Shown here piece after piece: positions 40,929-57,131 of a DNA stretch of 64,000 nt. The translations under genes were made by a program, and so were the position numbers. The stretch's first letter is position 1; every line of letters begins with the position of its first letter. This DNA is from Trichinella spiralis. Lineage: Eukaryota. The stretch lies in NCBI RefSeq assembly GCF_000181795.1, contig NW_003526940.1:1654571-1718570 (forward strand). The letters run 5' to 3'. The notes beneath the pieces were generated by a model. That model made no database searches. It had not been told where the DNA came from and was given only the letters and a program-made list of their open reading frames with translations.

Positions 40929-43577
40929 GGCCGAATTCTGAATATTATGGCAACTGCTTCTGTTTCAACTTCACAAACTACATGCTGCACATTACATTTC
41001 AGCTATGAAAAAAGCAAACTAAAAATATTAATAAGTAATTAAGAAAAATGTTTTAAATTTTCAGCAACAATGTAACAAAACCAACACACGTACTCGTAAC
41101 GCACGATCAACTGAACAATTAAATGGTCGAGTAATTACTAAAAATAAAACTCATGCAGGCAATTATGCAAATTAGTTGCTCCAATTAAATTTTCTTATGA
41201 ATAATTCATTATCAAAGCAGCAAGATTTAGTCTTTTCTGATTTATCCCACACCTAACCGACACGTCTCTTTTCAAAATCTTAGATAAAAGTAAAAAAATA
41301 ATACATTTAATCTTGTAAAAAATTTAATAGAGCTCCAAAACTACTTTGAAAAATTTTTTAATATACAAATAAACAAAGTTGCACAACAAAATAAAAAACG
41401 AAATTTTAAAAATATTATGGGCATTAAAGTTGAACGTGTAAAATACCCCAGATAACCCTGAAAAAATTTAAAACATTTTGCAGTACAGTATTTCAATGCT
41501 TTTAATTAAAACATTTGATTATTCAATATCATCATTCTTAAAAGGAAAAATACTTTTTTGTAACGAAAGAAAATTTTCAAAAAATGTCTATAAAAAATAC
41601 ACAATGCAATGTAAAAAGCAAAGTATTCATTCTGTAAAAAAAAGATGAATAATACATTAATGTCTAATTTTAAATTTTCATAAATACTCTCATTAAAAGT
41701 CACATTTGCTCAATAATAATACAACAACAGTTATATTTGATGGTTGGGTAGCCAAAAATGCAACTTTTCAAATTCAAACTGATACTTTCAACAAAATTTA
41801 AATCTACATTTGCAATTCAATTCCAACTACCATTAAAACAGTATACTTCACCAGTAAATGGGAAACAATGGGTTGCAATAGACATGATTCACTGCCTCAT
41901 TTGTGACTTCAAAATAAATATGATATAATACATATATGCAATTTAATAACAAATGATAGCTTTGTCACATGTTAAAAAAATATAAAAACACAAATATCAG
42001 CTATTACGCAGCGTAATTCCCGAAGATTGCTTGAAGAATGTAAAAATACAAAATTTCGAAATGCAAAATTGTATTACATAATTTGACAAGAATACAGTAG
42101 GATGATTATTAAGGATATATAAAACAAATAAAGTTCTTATTTAAAATTGCTTATTACTAAGAAAGTGATTTTTAAAATTTTGTTATAAGATCTGTTTAAT
42201 TTAATTTTATTTAATAATATTATGTTTAATGTTTTCATTTTTTTATTTATATTTTTCATTCAAAAACTCGTACATCGTCAAGTTAAATTGAAGTGTCATA
42301 TGAAAAAATTTTGCATTATATAATTAGTTCTGTATAGTTTGCTTGAATAATATAAGCTAAAATGAATGAGAATGTTTCTTTAGCACTGAGAATTAAATAT
42401 ATTAAAGAAATTACAGCAATGAGATTTAATTTCAAATAAAATAAATGCGATTTTAATCAAATATAAAATAAGTTTAAAACTTAAACAAAAAATAGCATAT
42501 GCTTTATACAACATTCATTTGAAACACACATATTTTACGACAAAATAGTTTATTTGCTAATATTTATACTTGCTTATCATGATACTGTAACAATAAATAA
42601 AGTTGTTTATGTTTCGCCGATTGTGCGGCGATTCTATGGTTGTTTTTTTTCATGTACGAATTCTACGCATGTTAGAAGATAGATTATTGTTTTTTTCAAC
42701 TAACTAATCGTTTTGCAATCGTTTGATGGTTGCAAAATGGTGGTTATGACAATGTTTTGGCATCTCCTGTCGGCTGTCTGTAATGTCATGCGTCAGCTGT
42801 TTGTTTATTTGTAAAATATTTAATGTTTTTTATTTCAGGAATAAACGGAACTCGTTATTTCGGAGTTTTGTTGAGTTTAAGCATTGAAATTCTATTCTAT
42901 AACGAATTTAACAGTGCTTGAAATTTACTGGTCATTTATTAATTTCACTTGAAAAAGAAAAGCTGGCTTACGTCGCGTGATCAACTGTTTCGTATCCAGT
43001 TAGGTAAATTCTATAGTTATTTACGGTGTTTTTTATTTTTTCTAATATTTTTTAACGATTCTTTTTAGTCGTAATGCAGGAGGATTTCCTAATGTGAAAT
43101 ATGAAGTTGATTAAGGCGCTGACGATGCCAAGCACAACTACGCACATCTACTGTTAGAGGTGAGCGATTATTTCCGGCTTCGAAAAGAATTTTTCTTTTA
43201 TTCATTTATTAGCTTATTATTTTATACTAATGCTTGCTTCTGCACTTTTCCTCTTGTTTGCAGTGGAGTTTTGACGTCATCTCACTTCCTTACTGCTTTA
43301 CTTCGATCCATTTATATAAATATAACTCTTGTCAATCTTTTTGTTGCCAAGTTTTCAATGCTTTTCAACGTTTGGAGGTCGATAAATTTTGCTGTTTATC
43401 AAGAGGCGGCCTGTTTTTAGAAAACTGGGTGGCCTTGGTTCGTTCTCATTTTTAGGCTCTATTTGTGGTTGTGCGTGTGTGTTTGTATTTTTCATAGCAA
43501 AAATATCGATTTATTTCCTATTTTTTTTAAATTAGTACTTGAATGTAGTAATTTTTATAATTTTTGCTTTGATGTAG

Positions 43578-45863
<2,286 letters not shown>

Positions 45864-46013
45864 NNNNNNNNNNNNNNNNNNNNNNNNNNNNNNNNNNNNN
45901 NNNNNNNNNNNNNNNNNNNNNNNNNNNNNNNNNNNNNNNNNNNNNNNNNNNNNNNNNNNNNNNNNNNNNNNNNNNNNNNNNNNNNNNNNNNNNNNNNNNN
46001 NNNNNNNNNNNNN
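45864..46013. other. Assembly gap (150 N)
   Basis: Run of N. Confidence 1.
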
Positions 46014-46045
46014 AAAACCAGTTTTTCTTCAGAAGGTTAATTCAA

Positions 46046-47171
46046 TTACCCTTTGGAGGATGTTCCGGTATCAAACAAATAAATATTTCCATCACGAGCT
46101 TGAGATGCAATTATGAACTGCCTGTGCGGACAGTAGCGGATTCGGTTCACCTGACTTTTATGCAAGATTGTTACTTGGGAATGCATTTCGGCATACATTT
46201 CTTCATTCTCCGTTTGAAACTGCAGTTCATCTTCGTTACTCACATACTCAGGATAATCACGCAACTTTATTTTCAAAACATAAATGGCATTTTCTTCATT
46301 CTCCAAAATTGTTCCGATCAGCAAGCGATAAGTGCGTTCATCACTATAAAGAACGAGCTGTTTTTATAATCGTTAATCAATCATACGAAACAGTCGACAA
46401 TTTAAAATTAGCATAATCATAAAAAATATATTCAAATATAGCACTGCTTTTATTATTTATAGCGAGAAAGTTGAATTCTGAATCACAGAAATAAGCAATT
46501 AACAGTACCCACAATATTCCACAACAGAATGAAGCTATTAAAAAAAGAAAATTTACCAAAAATGTCATAAGCAAATATACCGAATCACAATAAATACAAA
46601 TTATTAATTGATCTATAATTGCTATAATATTATCATAATTTGAAATCTTACACAGAATATAAAATCTGAATGCAACTTTAGCAATATTAAATTGCAGTTT
46701 AATAAATTTCATCACTTTCACGTAACTGTTAAAAGTGTCGACGTTATTTTCCTAATGAAAGACAACTTACTTCATTTCTGGAAGCCACTGAACGCATATA
46801 CTGGGATCCGGGAGTTCATGACAAATGAACTAAAATTTGTGCAATTTAAAAAAATTTTCCACCAAAGTGCATATAGAGTGAAAAAACAAAAATGAAAAAA
46901 AGACTTTCTACTTCAAGAAAAACAAAAATTTCAAAAAATAATCTAAATTAAAATAAACAACTATTAAAAATGACAAAATCTTAGGCTACAGAATATAACA
47001 ATATTAACGTTAACCTACCTTGTTATACAATAAAAGTGCATTTTTCCGCCACGTCAAATAATCTTCTTCATTGATTTTAAATTCATCAGATGAAACTGTT
47101 TGATCATCAGAAAAATTATCAACGGAAGAATCAGGTCCAATTTCAATACTTTCTTGGTCATTTTCATTCAT
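46046..47171 (-). CDS. Divergent RBBP4/7 (p55/lin-53/MSI1/HAT2)-like WD40 histone chaperone, 3' part lost in gap
   Basis: INEEDYLTWRKNALLLY, HELPDPSICVQWLP, LIGT, HKSQVNRIRYCP..IIASQ...IYLFD parallel RBBP4 INEEYKIWKKNTPFLY, HALEWPSLTAQWLP and HEGEVNRARYMP. Confidence 0.82.
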
Positions 47172-48123
47172 TTTAAGCTACAATCTGAAACAGAATTTGT
47201 ATAAGTAAAGGTTTATTAACTAAATTAATAAAAATTAATATTTAAAAATAACAATAAATAATAAAAATTAAAGTTATTAAAAATTAAAGAACTATTTCAT
47301 AATTAAAATAACAATTCCAATACGAATGTTCAAAATTCGGAGTAAACTTTTTTGATTACAATACTATAAGAAATGCAGGTAATGTTAACAATGTTGATGC
47401 AATGACAAGTTTATAATTGCGCATATTATATAAATATGCATACAAATTATTTTGAACTGCTTTGTTAAAATATTATGATATTTAAATTATATTTTACGAA
47501 ATTTTGAGGCTAACAATATTTAGAAAAGAAGCATATCAAAAATTCGACAGTGTTCTTTCGATTGTTTCATAATGCCAACTATGAATACTCTTTTTTTGCG
47601 TTGGAAAGACTAGGTTTAATCATGGTTTTTGTGGTTAATTATTATTTTTCATTACTTTCCCAATTTCATTACTTATAAAGCCCAGCAAACTCGCCAGTGC
47701 AGTCATATTCCTGCGAAATGGCACTCATCTCAATAATATTCTAAAGATTGTCACGTACACCCTAATTTTTGACTCCGTTTACTTTATAAATAACAACTGA
47801 AGTGAGTGCTTTCAAAGCGGTTTTCACGTTACACAATTCTAATACGTAACTGTATAAAAAACAATTAATCTGCTAAATTTTAAATAATGTAATTTCGAGT
47901 AAATTATAAATTTTTAAATTAATGTGCACGAAAAAAGTTTTCCTCGCATTTTCCGTAGGCTTCATAAAGAAAAAGTGTCTACAGTATGGCATTATTACTT
48001 GACGATAGTTTACTGTGAATTATAAAATTTTGAACCATCTATCGTTGGTGATTTTTACATTAAGCATGTCATTTATTATGATTTAAATAAAAATATAATT
48101 TCAGCATAATTTTTACATTAAGC

Positions 48124-50329
48124 ATGTCATTCAGTGGAACTGTTCGGCTGACAGACTTGAACGATTTCATTGCTCCTTCGCAAGTAGCTTGATTTTTCGT
48201 TGACAATTATTGTTATTTTCACAGTGAAATTTTAAGAATTGCATCAAGCCAATTTTGGATAAAAGATCTACGGCAAATCAGTCTGAAAGAATGCGTTTTG
48301 ATAGAGATGAAATCAATAAGGTTTATTTTGTTTATCATAAATAATTAGCTTATTGTTTCTTAATATATATATATATATATTTATTTATTTTTAAAGCTTA
48401 TTTTGATACTATTCATATCCTTAATTTTCAGTAACGTACTTTTTATGCTTTTTATAATTGTTATATCAGAACAGTGTTGGTTGCAATTGTTTTTGAAGAA
48501 ATGTGGTTTTAGTCCAGTCAAGAAAAACGCATTTTAAAGCCTGTTAGTGTCACGTTAGATGACTGCCTAGCTTGCAGCGGTTGCATTACTAGCGCTGAAA
48601 CGGTTCTAATTGAACAGCAGGGTCCGAAAGAATTTCTAAAAATGATCGAAGAATTTTCCAACGATAATAAAGTATGAACATGCGTTTTAGAAATTTAATT
48701 AAAAAGTTGTTAATGTAATTTTCTCAATCCAAAGATTTTGTATAGGTCATTTCCAAAGAATTAAAGTCACTTTTTGTTGTGAGCATTTCACCTCAGTCGA
48801 GAGCTTCATTAGCTGCGAGCTACAATTTAACAGTAGAAGTTACACAACGAAAATTGTGCGCATTTTTGAGGAGCTTAGGTAGTAATGATTTCAATCTCTT
48901 TTAGGTATTTTGTTAAAAATGATAAAAATAATTTTTCTTTTGTATTCATTTTAGGAGCTGACATTTGTTTGGATACGACATTTGCTAGAAATTTTAGTCT
49001 CCTTGCTACGGCTGAAGAGTTTGTCGATTATTATCGAAAAAATTATTTGAATTGCACTTCAACATCTTTGTCCATTTCACCGTTGATAACTGCAATTTGT
49101 CCAGGTTTTCTTTTGTATAGCAGTGATTGCATTTTTTTCTTCTGATACATGTATATATTGTTTTTTGTTCAGGTTGGGTTTGTTATGCTGAGAAAAGCGT
49201 TAGTGATGTTGTTATCCCTTTGATGTCAAAAGTGCGTTCTCCTCAAGCAATTGCTGGCTCGTTTGTTAAAGATTATTTATCCAAAACGATGAGTAAGCAG
49301 CTGTTTAAATTTTATTCATTACTGATGTGTGGTGAATTGCACAGCATTTAGATATCTTGCCAAATCGTATTCGTCACGTGACGATAATGCCATGCTTTGA
49401 CAAAAAGTTGGAAGCATCACGTTCTGCATTTCTTGCCGACGATGGTTCAAGTCGAGAAGTTGATCTTGTATTAAGCACAAGTGATATTTATATGATTGTA
49501 ATTGAAAATTCTGATTTACTGTATGACAGATATTTTCGTTCAGGTCAATTTAAAGAGATTCTCGATGAAAAATGTGCAGATTTTAAAAATTTTGATTCAA
49601 GTGAACAACCGAATTATTTGTAATTTGCTTTTTTTTAGAAAAAATATAATTTAAATTAAATATTTTTAATTACGGTGATTTAACAGATGCTTGTTTGACA
49701 TTTTTGATGAAAATACATTGTACAATCATGAAGGATCAGGCTCGGGTGGATATTTGGAATTTGTTTTCAAATACGCTGCCAAAGAACTGTTCAACTTGGA
49801 TGTATCATCTGTAGAATATGTTGCTCAAAGGTATGTTTATTAATTTTTCATATTTTATATGTAACGGTAACGTTAAAGAAACAAAGACATACAAGAAGCT
49901 CGTCTAATTCACGACAATAAAGTACTTTTTCACATGGCTTTGTGTTATGGTTTTCGCAATATACAAAATTTAATTCGAAAAATTCGGGCCGGAAAATGTG
50001 CTTATCATTTTGTGGAAGTGATGGCTTGTCCGTCAGGTTGATTTGTTGATTATTTAATTAATTTTTTAATTGAATGAAAATTTTCCATTGAAGGTTGTTT
50101 GAATGGCGGTGGTCAGATTCGTGGTATTGATAAGATGACTAGCAACGTTGTTGAAGAACTCTACCACAGTTTGCCGACTGTTCAGCCAGGAGAATGGCCA
50201 AATTTGAAATTGCTAATAAATAGATGGCTTGGAGGAAGTTTGCAAAGTGAGAAGGCTAATCGAATGCTGAAGACGCAATATCAAGCTGTGAAAAGTACAA
50301 AATCAATGCGCTTCAATTTAGAATGGTGA
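48124..50329 (+). CDS. CIAO3: Cytosolic Fe-S assembly component 3 (NARFL/IOP1/Nar1), multi-exon
   Basis: [97 protein letters not shown]-terminal W*. Confidence 0.96.
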
Positions 50330-52655
50330 CTGGATTAATTGGAAAATTTTTGTTTTCTTTATTATAATAATTGTTATTTTTCTATGTGTAAGTTTTTTAT
50401 TTATTATTTTTAATTAATATTATAATTTTTCAATCATATCAATGAAATCGGAATGTTTGATCTGTTGATCGTGTTGTTTATTTTGAAAAATATTTATAAA
50501 TTAAATGTGAATAAAAATAAAAGTGGAAATGATTGAATCAAGTTATTCAAATATTAGTTTGAAAAATTACTTTAAAAAATTATAATTGAAATTGATCATT
50601 ACAACAATTAAAATTTGTTTTTTGTGAAAATGTTGTCAATGATCAATAAATGTTTGTAAAATAATTGGCATTTTCCAAAGCGCCTTCCTTTCGACATTCA
50701 AAAATTATTGTGAAAATAATGAATCAGATAGCATTTCACCTGTCAATTTGTATAACCTGTATTATAATTTTTAAAAAATGTCCATTGTTTAAAGCGGTCA
50801 TTTTGCATCAAATTTCACAATACAAAATTTTGTTCAGCTTGTTTCAACAACATTAAATCCCCCAGTTTTCAATTGTCGTTTTGTTGAGTAAAATTTTGAT
50901 TATCATAATTCCCTTTAGGTAAGGTTTTAGTGTTTAATTTTTCTTTTTTATTGGAAATGATAAATATTATCCGAAAGTGGTTTTTCCATGCTTTTATAAA
51001 TGAAGGATGGAAATTAATTTATTGATGTTATGATGGCTTGTTTATGAATTTAATATAAAATCACAATTGAAAATCAGCAAGCGTCTTATTGAAGATAAAT
51101 TTTCTTAGGCAGCAACTTATTGGAAGTTAAGAGAATTTAATTTGTTGAATGATTTGCTATGTGAAAATTATTTTTGAAAGATTTACCCAAAATTTTAATG
51201 TATTTATTTGAAAATAATTGCATAAGTTATTGAAAATTTTTAATAAATAATAAATAAGCACACGATAATTAAAAAATATTCAAAGATTGAATAATAATAA
51301 TTTATTAATCATCTCGAAATATATTAAAAGTATTAAAGTTTAATGAACTGCATAGTGAATTGCAAAAACTTGGAAAGAATTGTTCAATAAAAGATAATCA
51401 TAATTGAAAAATTAGGCATGTTAATTTGTATGTAAGATAAATAATATTTCGATGTTCACATTTTGAACAGATAAATCAGTGAAAATTTTTTTGTCATTTT
51501 AAACCTGAAAATTCAGTGATTAAATTAAGCATAAAATCATAATTTTACACCATTTCCAATTGTTGATGTTCGTTGACAAGACTACATTTCCACAGGGGAA
51601 TTGTGAAATATTCGAACGGTTGCTATTCCCGTTTTGTCATGCATAATTTTTCATATCAGTTTAAAAGTTATTAAAAACAAAATGAATAACTTTCATTAAT
51701 CATTTTTTTCTGTTTCAAATTGTCCAGAAGACGACTGTATTTTATTACGTCCAAATGATTTAAAAAAACTACTAAATAAAATAGAAACAATTATTTATTT
51801 ATATTTTAATAATTTATTTGCATTTATGAATAATTAATTCAACAAAGACCAAATAAATATACATTTTGTTCAGAGTCAAATTTAAATATATTTTCATTGA
51901 ACAATTGTAGAAGACAAATATTATTTTGTTAAAATAAAGTATTTATAAAAAATAGGTTCAATCAAAAAAGGTCACTTACTGTAGAAAATACCAAGACAAT
52001 TTTTCAGTTCAAAAAAGTCATACTTTTTTGTGGTAATTTTTTCTTTAAATTTTTATGATTTATTATTACTTGAAATATAATGCAGTCATCATAATTTTAA
52101 ATTTAATATTAATATTATTTAATATATATATATATATTTCTTTTTTTTCAATTATTCGGTACACTTTCGATTCGATTATATTTTTACTGTTGTTGGTGGC
52201 ATTTGAATTTTGTCCAAATTTAATTTAAATTATTTTTTTTATTTAATTTGAAAAAATAAAATTACAACTTGTCCAACTGAAATAAATTATTATTGATATT
52301 TTTTTGTTCTTTCTTTGGAAAATTTTCCCTTCGAGCAGTCAGTAAAATGCCAGCAGTAGAGCAGTTTTAGTTGGAATTCAAGGCAACACATTATCGCATT
52401 TTAAATATTTATTTTCGCCATATGTCAGTTATGATCACAATTGATACATTTTCACAGCGTTGCCAACGGGATGTTTCATTTATTTCCAAACAACTCCAAA
52501 ATAGCTTGACTTCTTTTGCATGTTTGAATTTTATGCAATAATTTTCAATGGCGCATTCACAATTTTTCATTGTCACTTTTATAATCGTCGGCTTGCTTAT
52601 TGCATTTTCATATTGCAGTATTTTCAAAAGTGATTGTTATGCACTGTTGTAACAA

Positions 52656-54496
52656 ATGAATGCAGCCGTAAAATGCGTTGCCATTCGCTTCATTGTTGTT
52701 GTCATTGTTTTCGCTTTGCCCAGCGAAGAAGCTTTGCGTTTGGTTCAAGTGGTAAATTAATTTAATTTATATGCAAATTGCACAGGCAAAAGATAATAAT
52801 CGTTCATTTGCAAGGTGTGGAGACACGGAGCTAGAGCATGGTTGGAAAATACTTTTCTCAACTGCAGCCACTCGTCTGAGCATGGGGCTGGAGAGCTTTC
52901 GCAGGTAAGGAAAATGAAAATTTCCAATTCAAATGCAAAAAATTAATTCTGATATTAAATTAATCAGGTTGGATTTATGGAACAATACGAACTTGGTCAA
53001 TTTCTTCACGAACGTTACAAAAATTTTCTGTCGGAATTCAAAATGGACGAGGTGATGCCAAATGTTGCACAGCAGAGATTTATTTAAATTTTTCTATGTG
53101 AAAAAATTCAATTCAGATTTATGTTCGCTCTACGGATACGAACAGAACAATTTTGAGTGCAATGGTGAATTTGGCCGGCTTGTTTCCTCAGAATTCCAAT
53201 GATTCAGCGTTGCACCTCAACTGGCAACCGATTCCTGTTCACAGCGTACCCAAAGACAATGATCCGGTTCATATTGACAAGTTTATTATTAATATTAAAG
53301 CATTTCACTTTTTATTCAATTGTTCACTTTGCATTTAAGCTTTTGTATGCTTTTTCCAAATGCAAAAAAGTCGACGACATATATTGGAATGAAGTGATGA
53401 CCTCGGCGCCAGTTTTGAATCTCATGCATCAACACGCTGAACTATTTGATTTGCTTCGGAAGCAGACAGGCTTTCCATTGAAAACCTTGGACGACATATA
53501 CCAAGTTTACGAACCATTGTACAGCTTGGTAAATGAGAAAAAAAATTTCTTTCAAATTAATTCAGACAATTAATATGCAGATTCAAAATGACGGATTTTT
53601 GCCGTGTCTACCGGAATGGCTCACTGTTGAACTTTATCAAATTATTGAAAATTTGTATCGCGTTTCAACGACATTTTATTACAACGATCAAAGAATCAAA
53701 CCTTATCGTGGAGGTATGAATGAACTTTGCTTTACTTTTTTGTTTTTACAAATTTATCTCACAGGCATCCTGCTTGAACACATAGCAAATCAAATACGCA
53801 AGAAAATTTTTGGCTCCATTCCAAAAGCAAAATATTTCGGATATTCTACAGTATGATGAACATGTATTTTCACCGAAATGCCTACTTTTACTTCTATCAT
53901 TTACTTTCAGCATGATTTGACACTGATCGGTCTTTTGGAAAATTTGAACGTATACAATGCGGAAAATCATCCTGAATTTTCGGCTGCATTGATGGTCGAA
54001 TTGCACGAAACATCCACGCACGGTTATACAGTAGAAGTAAGATGCATGCTGCGGATGTTTCTTTTATGAATTTTAAATTCATTTAATTATGCGGTTTTAA
54101 ATTTTTTATTTACATTTCAAGTTGTGGTATAGAACAAGTCTTAATAATAACACGTTGAAGCAACTGTTCATTCCTGAATGTTCGCCGACTTGCAGTGCGG
54201 AGGAATTTTTAAATTTTTCCAAAGGTAAAGGAGTGGCTGATTGGTTCGAAAGTTGTGAATCTCTTCCATCCACCATCACTTCAACAATGCAAGATGTGAA
54301 TCATAGTGGTAAAAGAAAAAATTTTTTTCATACAACTCATTGATAATTTATAATTAAAAAATAATTGCCTTTTCTCTTTCATATTTCAGATCTGGTTGTC
54401 ATTTTATTATCAGTTTGCACTGGAATTTGTTGCTTATTATTGTTGCTTTTCATTGGTATTTTGTATAATGGAAAAAAAATCTCCCCACAACAGTAA
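52656..54496 (+). CDS. Histidine acid phosphatase (lysosomal/prostatic ACP2-like), signal peptide and C-terminal TM
   Basis: VWRHGAR catalytic motif, [41 protein letters not shown] (HD). Hydrophobic last exon ends at TAA 54494-54496. Confidence 0.92.
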
Positions 54497-55200
54497 TTTT
54501 TTTGAATTTTCAAATCAAAACATCTCAGGAATTATTTGTTGAAATGTACCATTTTTAACTTTATTTTCAGTTTTTTATCATATGCTATCATAAAAAGCTC
54601 AAAATATCTTCAAGAAATACATACTTTTTTAACACAATTTATATACCTTTTAGATTTGCAAACCGGGAAGAATTATCCAAGCCATAAATGGCTATCACCA
54701 TCATCAATCAGTAAAGCGGATTCACAAATCACACCATGAAAAAGATGATTCTGTATATATGAATAAGCTCATTCACTTGTTACCTTTATTGATTTATTTG
54801 ACAGAAAAAACAATTTTTTACGAATAGGTAGAATTAATTTTTTTGCTTTGGCAAATTATGCATAATTTATTTATATAAGCAAAGCATTTTTATTATGCAA
54901 TAAATAAATATAAAAACTTTCTTATTGCATATTTTTTGCACAAAATAAATAAAAATTTATTTGAATCTACACTCTGTTCAATTTAATTTCTTGTTAACGC
55001 TCAAAAATATAAGCAAATTTTGACGAAAACGAAATAAACGCAATCTGAGTGTTTTATTTTCAGAAATGTTATTTTTACTTTTCAAAATAAAAAATATTAA
55101 CTCCATTATTGTTCATATTTTAATGTTGAAAACATAAAAATTGCATCGTTTTTTCGTTCAATGTTGAATTCATTTTTCGATTATTTTTAAAATTAACACT

Positions 55201-56070
55201 TGGGTAGACCCTGAGTATTCATCAAAGACATGCCGCTTCTTTTGCTATATTTTGCGTAGAACTGTGATTGGTTTTGAATTTTATTGGTTTACACGGCGGC
55301 TAAATTTCATTACATGCTGTTGCGATGAATTTTACTCGTTGTTGGGAATCTCAATTTTACTGGTTGTCATTTTCATGCATTCTATTTGTCAAATTTTCGT
55401 TTCTTTTTAATGGTCACTTTTTTATTCTAAGCTTTACTGTTTATCTTCTATATGTATATTAGTAGTAGCTAAATTATACATTTAAAAGCTGACTAGCACG
55501 TTAAAATTATAAGTTTATTAATAAATTTGCTTGTGGTTTCATTTTTGTTCATAATTTTATCCATAGAACTGCTGATCAGATCTAAGAAATTCGCTTTACT
55601 TTAATTTAAACTGACTTGGTTTATTGCGTGTATAATATTGAGCATTTTAAAGGCCTTGTTCAGAAGTTTGCTTCCTATTAATTTGTTTCTTAATTTGATG
55701 AAGTTAAATATAAGTTTAAATTAAAATATAAATTGAATTTAGAAGTTATGGATGCTATTAGTAAGAAAGATCACGTGGATTCACCATTTCACTGAATTTT
55801 ATTAAATAATTAATTGTAATTAATTTTACCACATAAAGATCATAAAATAGTAAAGCTTTGAATATCAGAAAACTGACCATTGAAATGAAATCAAAATTTG
55901 ACAACTAGCACGCATTACAATGACAACCAGTAAAAATTTAGGTTTGCGACAACGAATAAAACTTATCGCAACAGCAACTAATGAAATTTAGCCGGCATGA
56001 AAACCAATGAAATTTAAGGCCAATCAAACGTCGAGCGGCATGCCTTTGAAGTACACTCGGGTAGTAGGCA
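55201..56070. mobile_element. Non-autonomous MULE/Mutator-like element with long degenerate TIRs and 9-bp TSD
   Basis: 55201-55375 is the reverse complement (with mismatches and indels) of ~55912-56070. ATTAACACT flanks both ends (55192-55200, 56071-56079). Confidence 0.8.
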
Positions 56071-56790
56071 ATTAACACTGTACTAATTAAAAAAATAGTT
56101 TGTCAGAACAATAATTTTGTGACAATTGATTTAAAATATGTAAAAGCAATTTAACAATTTGTAATATACAACCAACTACTTATTTTAAAAACAACAGTAT
56201 ATCATTTAAATTGATAAGCATTAATTTTTTTTCTTCATAATTATTGTTTTTTGAATATTTATAATTTAAATAATGATGTTTATTTAATATTGTAAAAAAA
56301 ATAAATTTCCGTTGCTTTGCTGTTTTTATTTAACTGAAGAGAAATATTTCCATTTGTGGCAAAATGTATTTTAACTTTGTTCATTACAATTCAATATGAC
56401 ATTATCATTTCATAAATTAATAAGTGTTATTTTCTAAAATTATAAAAAAAATCAAGTAGCAAAATACTGTAATACGTATGGATCTTATTCTTATTGAGCA
56501 CAATTGAACTCATTCGACCATCATATTATATATTCTCATGAATGATGGCATACATTGTTGCTTCTTTGAATTGCACTTCAAGCTGCTGATATCAGTCTTT
56601 TTAATAAATATCACTAGTAATAAAATAAAATAACATACACGAAGCAGTAAAATTTTCTTTATTTTTATGTAATTTGCAGTGCTAGTGTAACGGGTAACAA
56701 ATAAAACAGGTATCAACAGAAAGACACAAAAAAAGCGTACAAAACTTATAATCATTATTACGATTAAGTAAATCATCATAGATCAAAAGC

Positions 56791-57016
56791 TGAAGCACCA
56801 CCTATCAACAAAGAAATAATTTCGCGGAACACTGATTGGCTGGAATGATATTGGACAGGGAAGGCGGAAGTGAGCGTTCTTGGTTAGTGAAAAAGATTCA
56901 GTGTGTGTTGCTTTGACCGATGTCGATGTGCCGTTGTCTGTTGAGCAGTAAACGTTTTCCTCCCTATTATGAGTCGTTCTGATGATGGTAACAATAAAGA
57001 GCAGAAGGCCGCTACA
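56791..57016 (+). mobile_element. Solo LTR-like element (~226 bp)
   Basis: Termini TGAAGC...GCTACA, AATAAA about 20 bp before the end, GC-rich. The 3' end CCGCTACA resembles CCGCTGCA of the 3785 element. TSD only partial. Confidence 0.45.
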
Positions 57017-57131
57017 CTAGCATAGTTTTCATTGCAATTGTATATTGCAATAATAAGAAAAGAAAACAAAATAATAAATAATCGAATGATTTTAATTAGC
57101 ACAATCGTCTCAAATTTTTTGGATATTCAAA

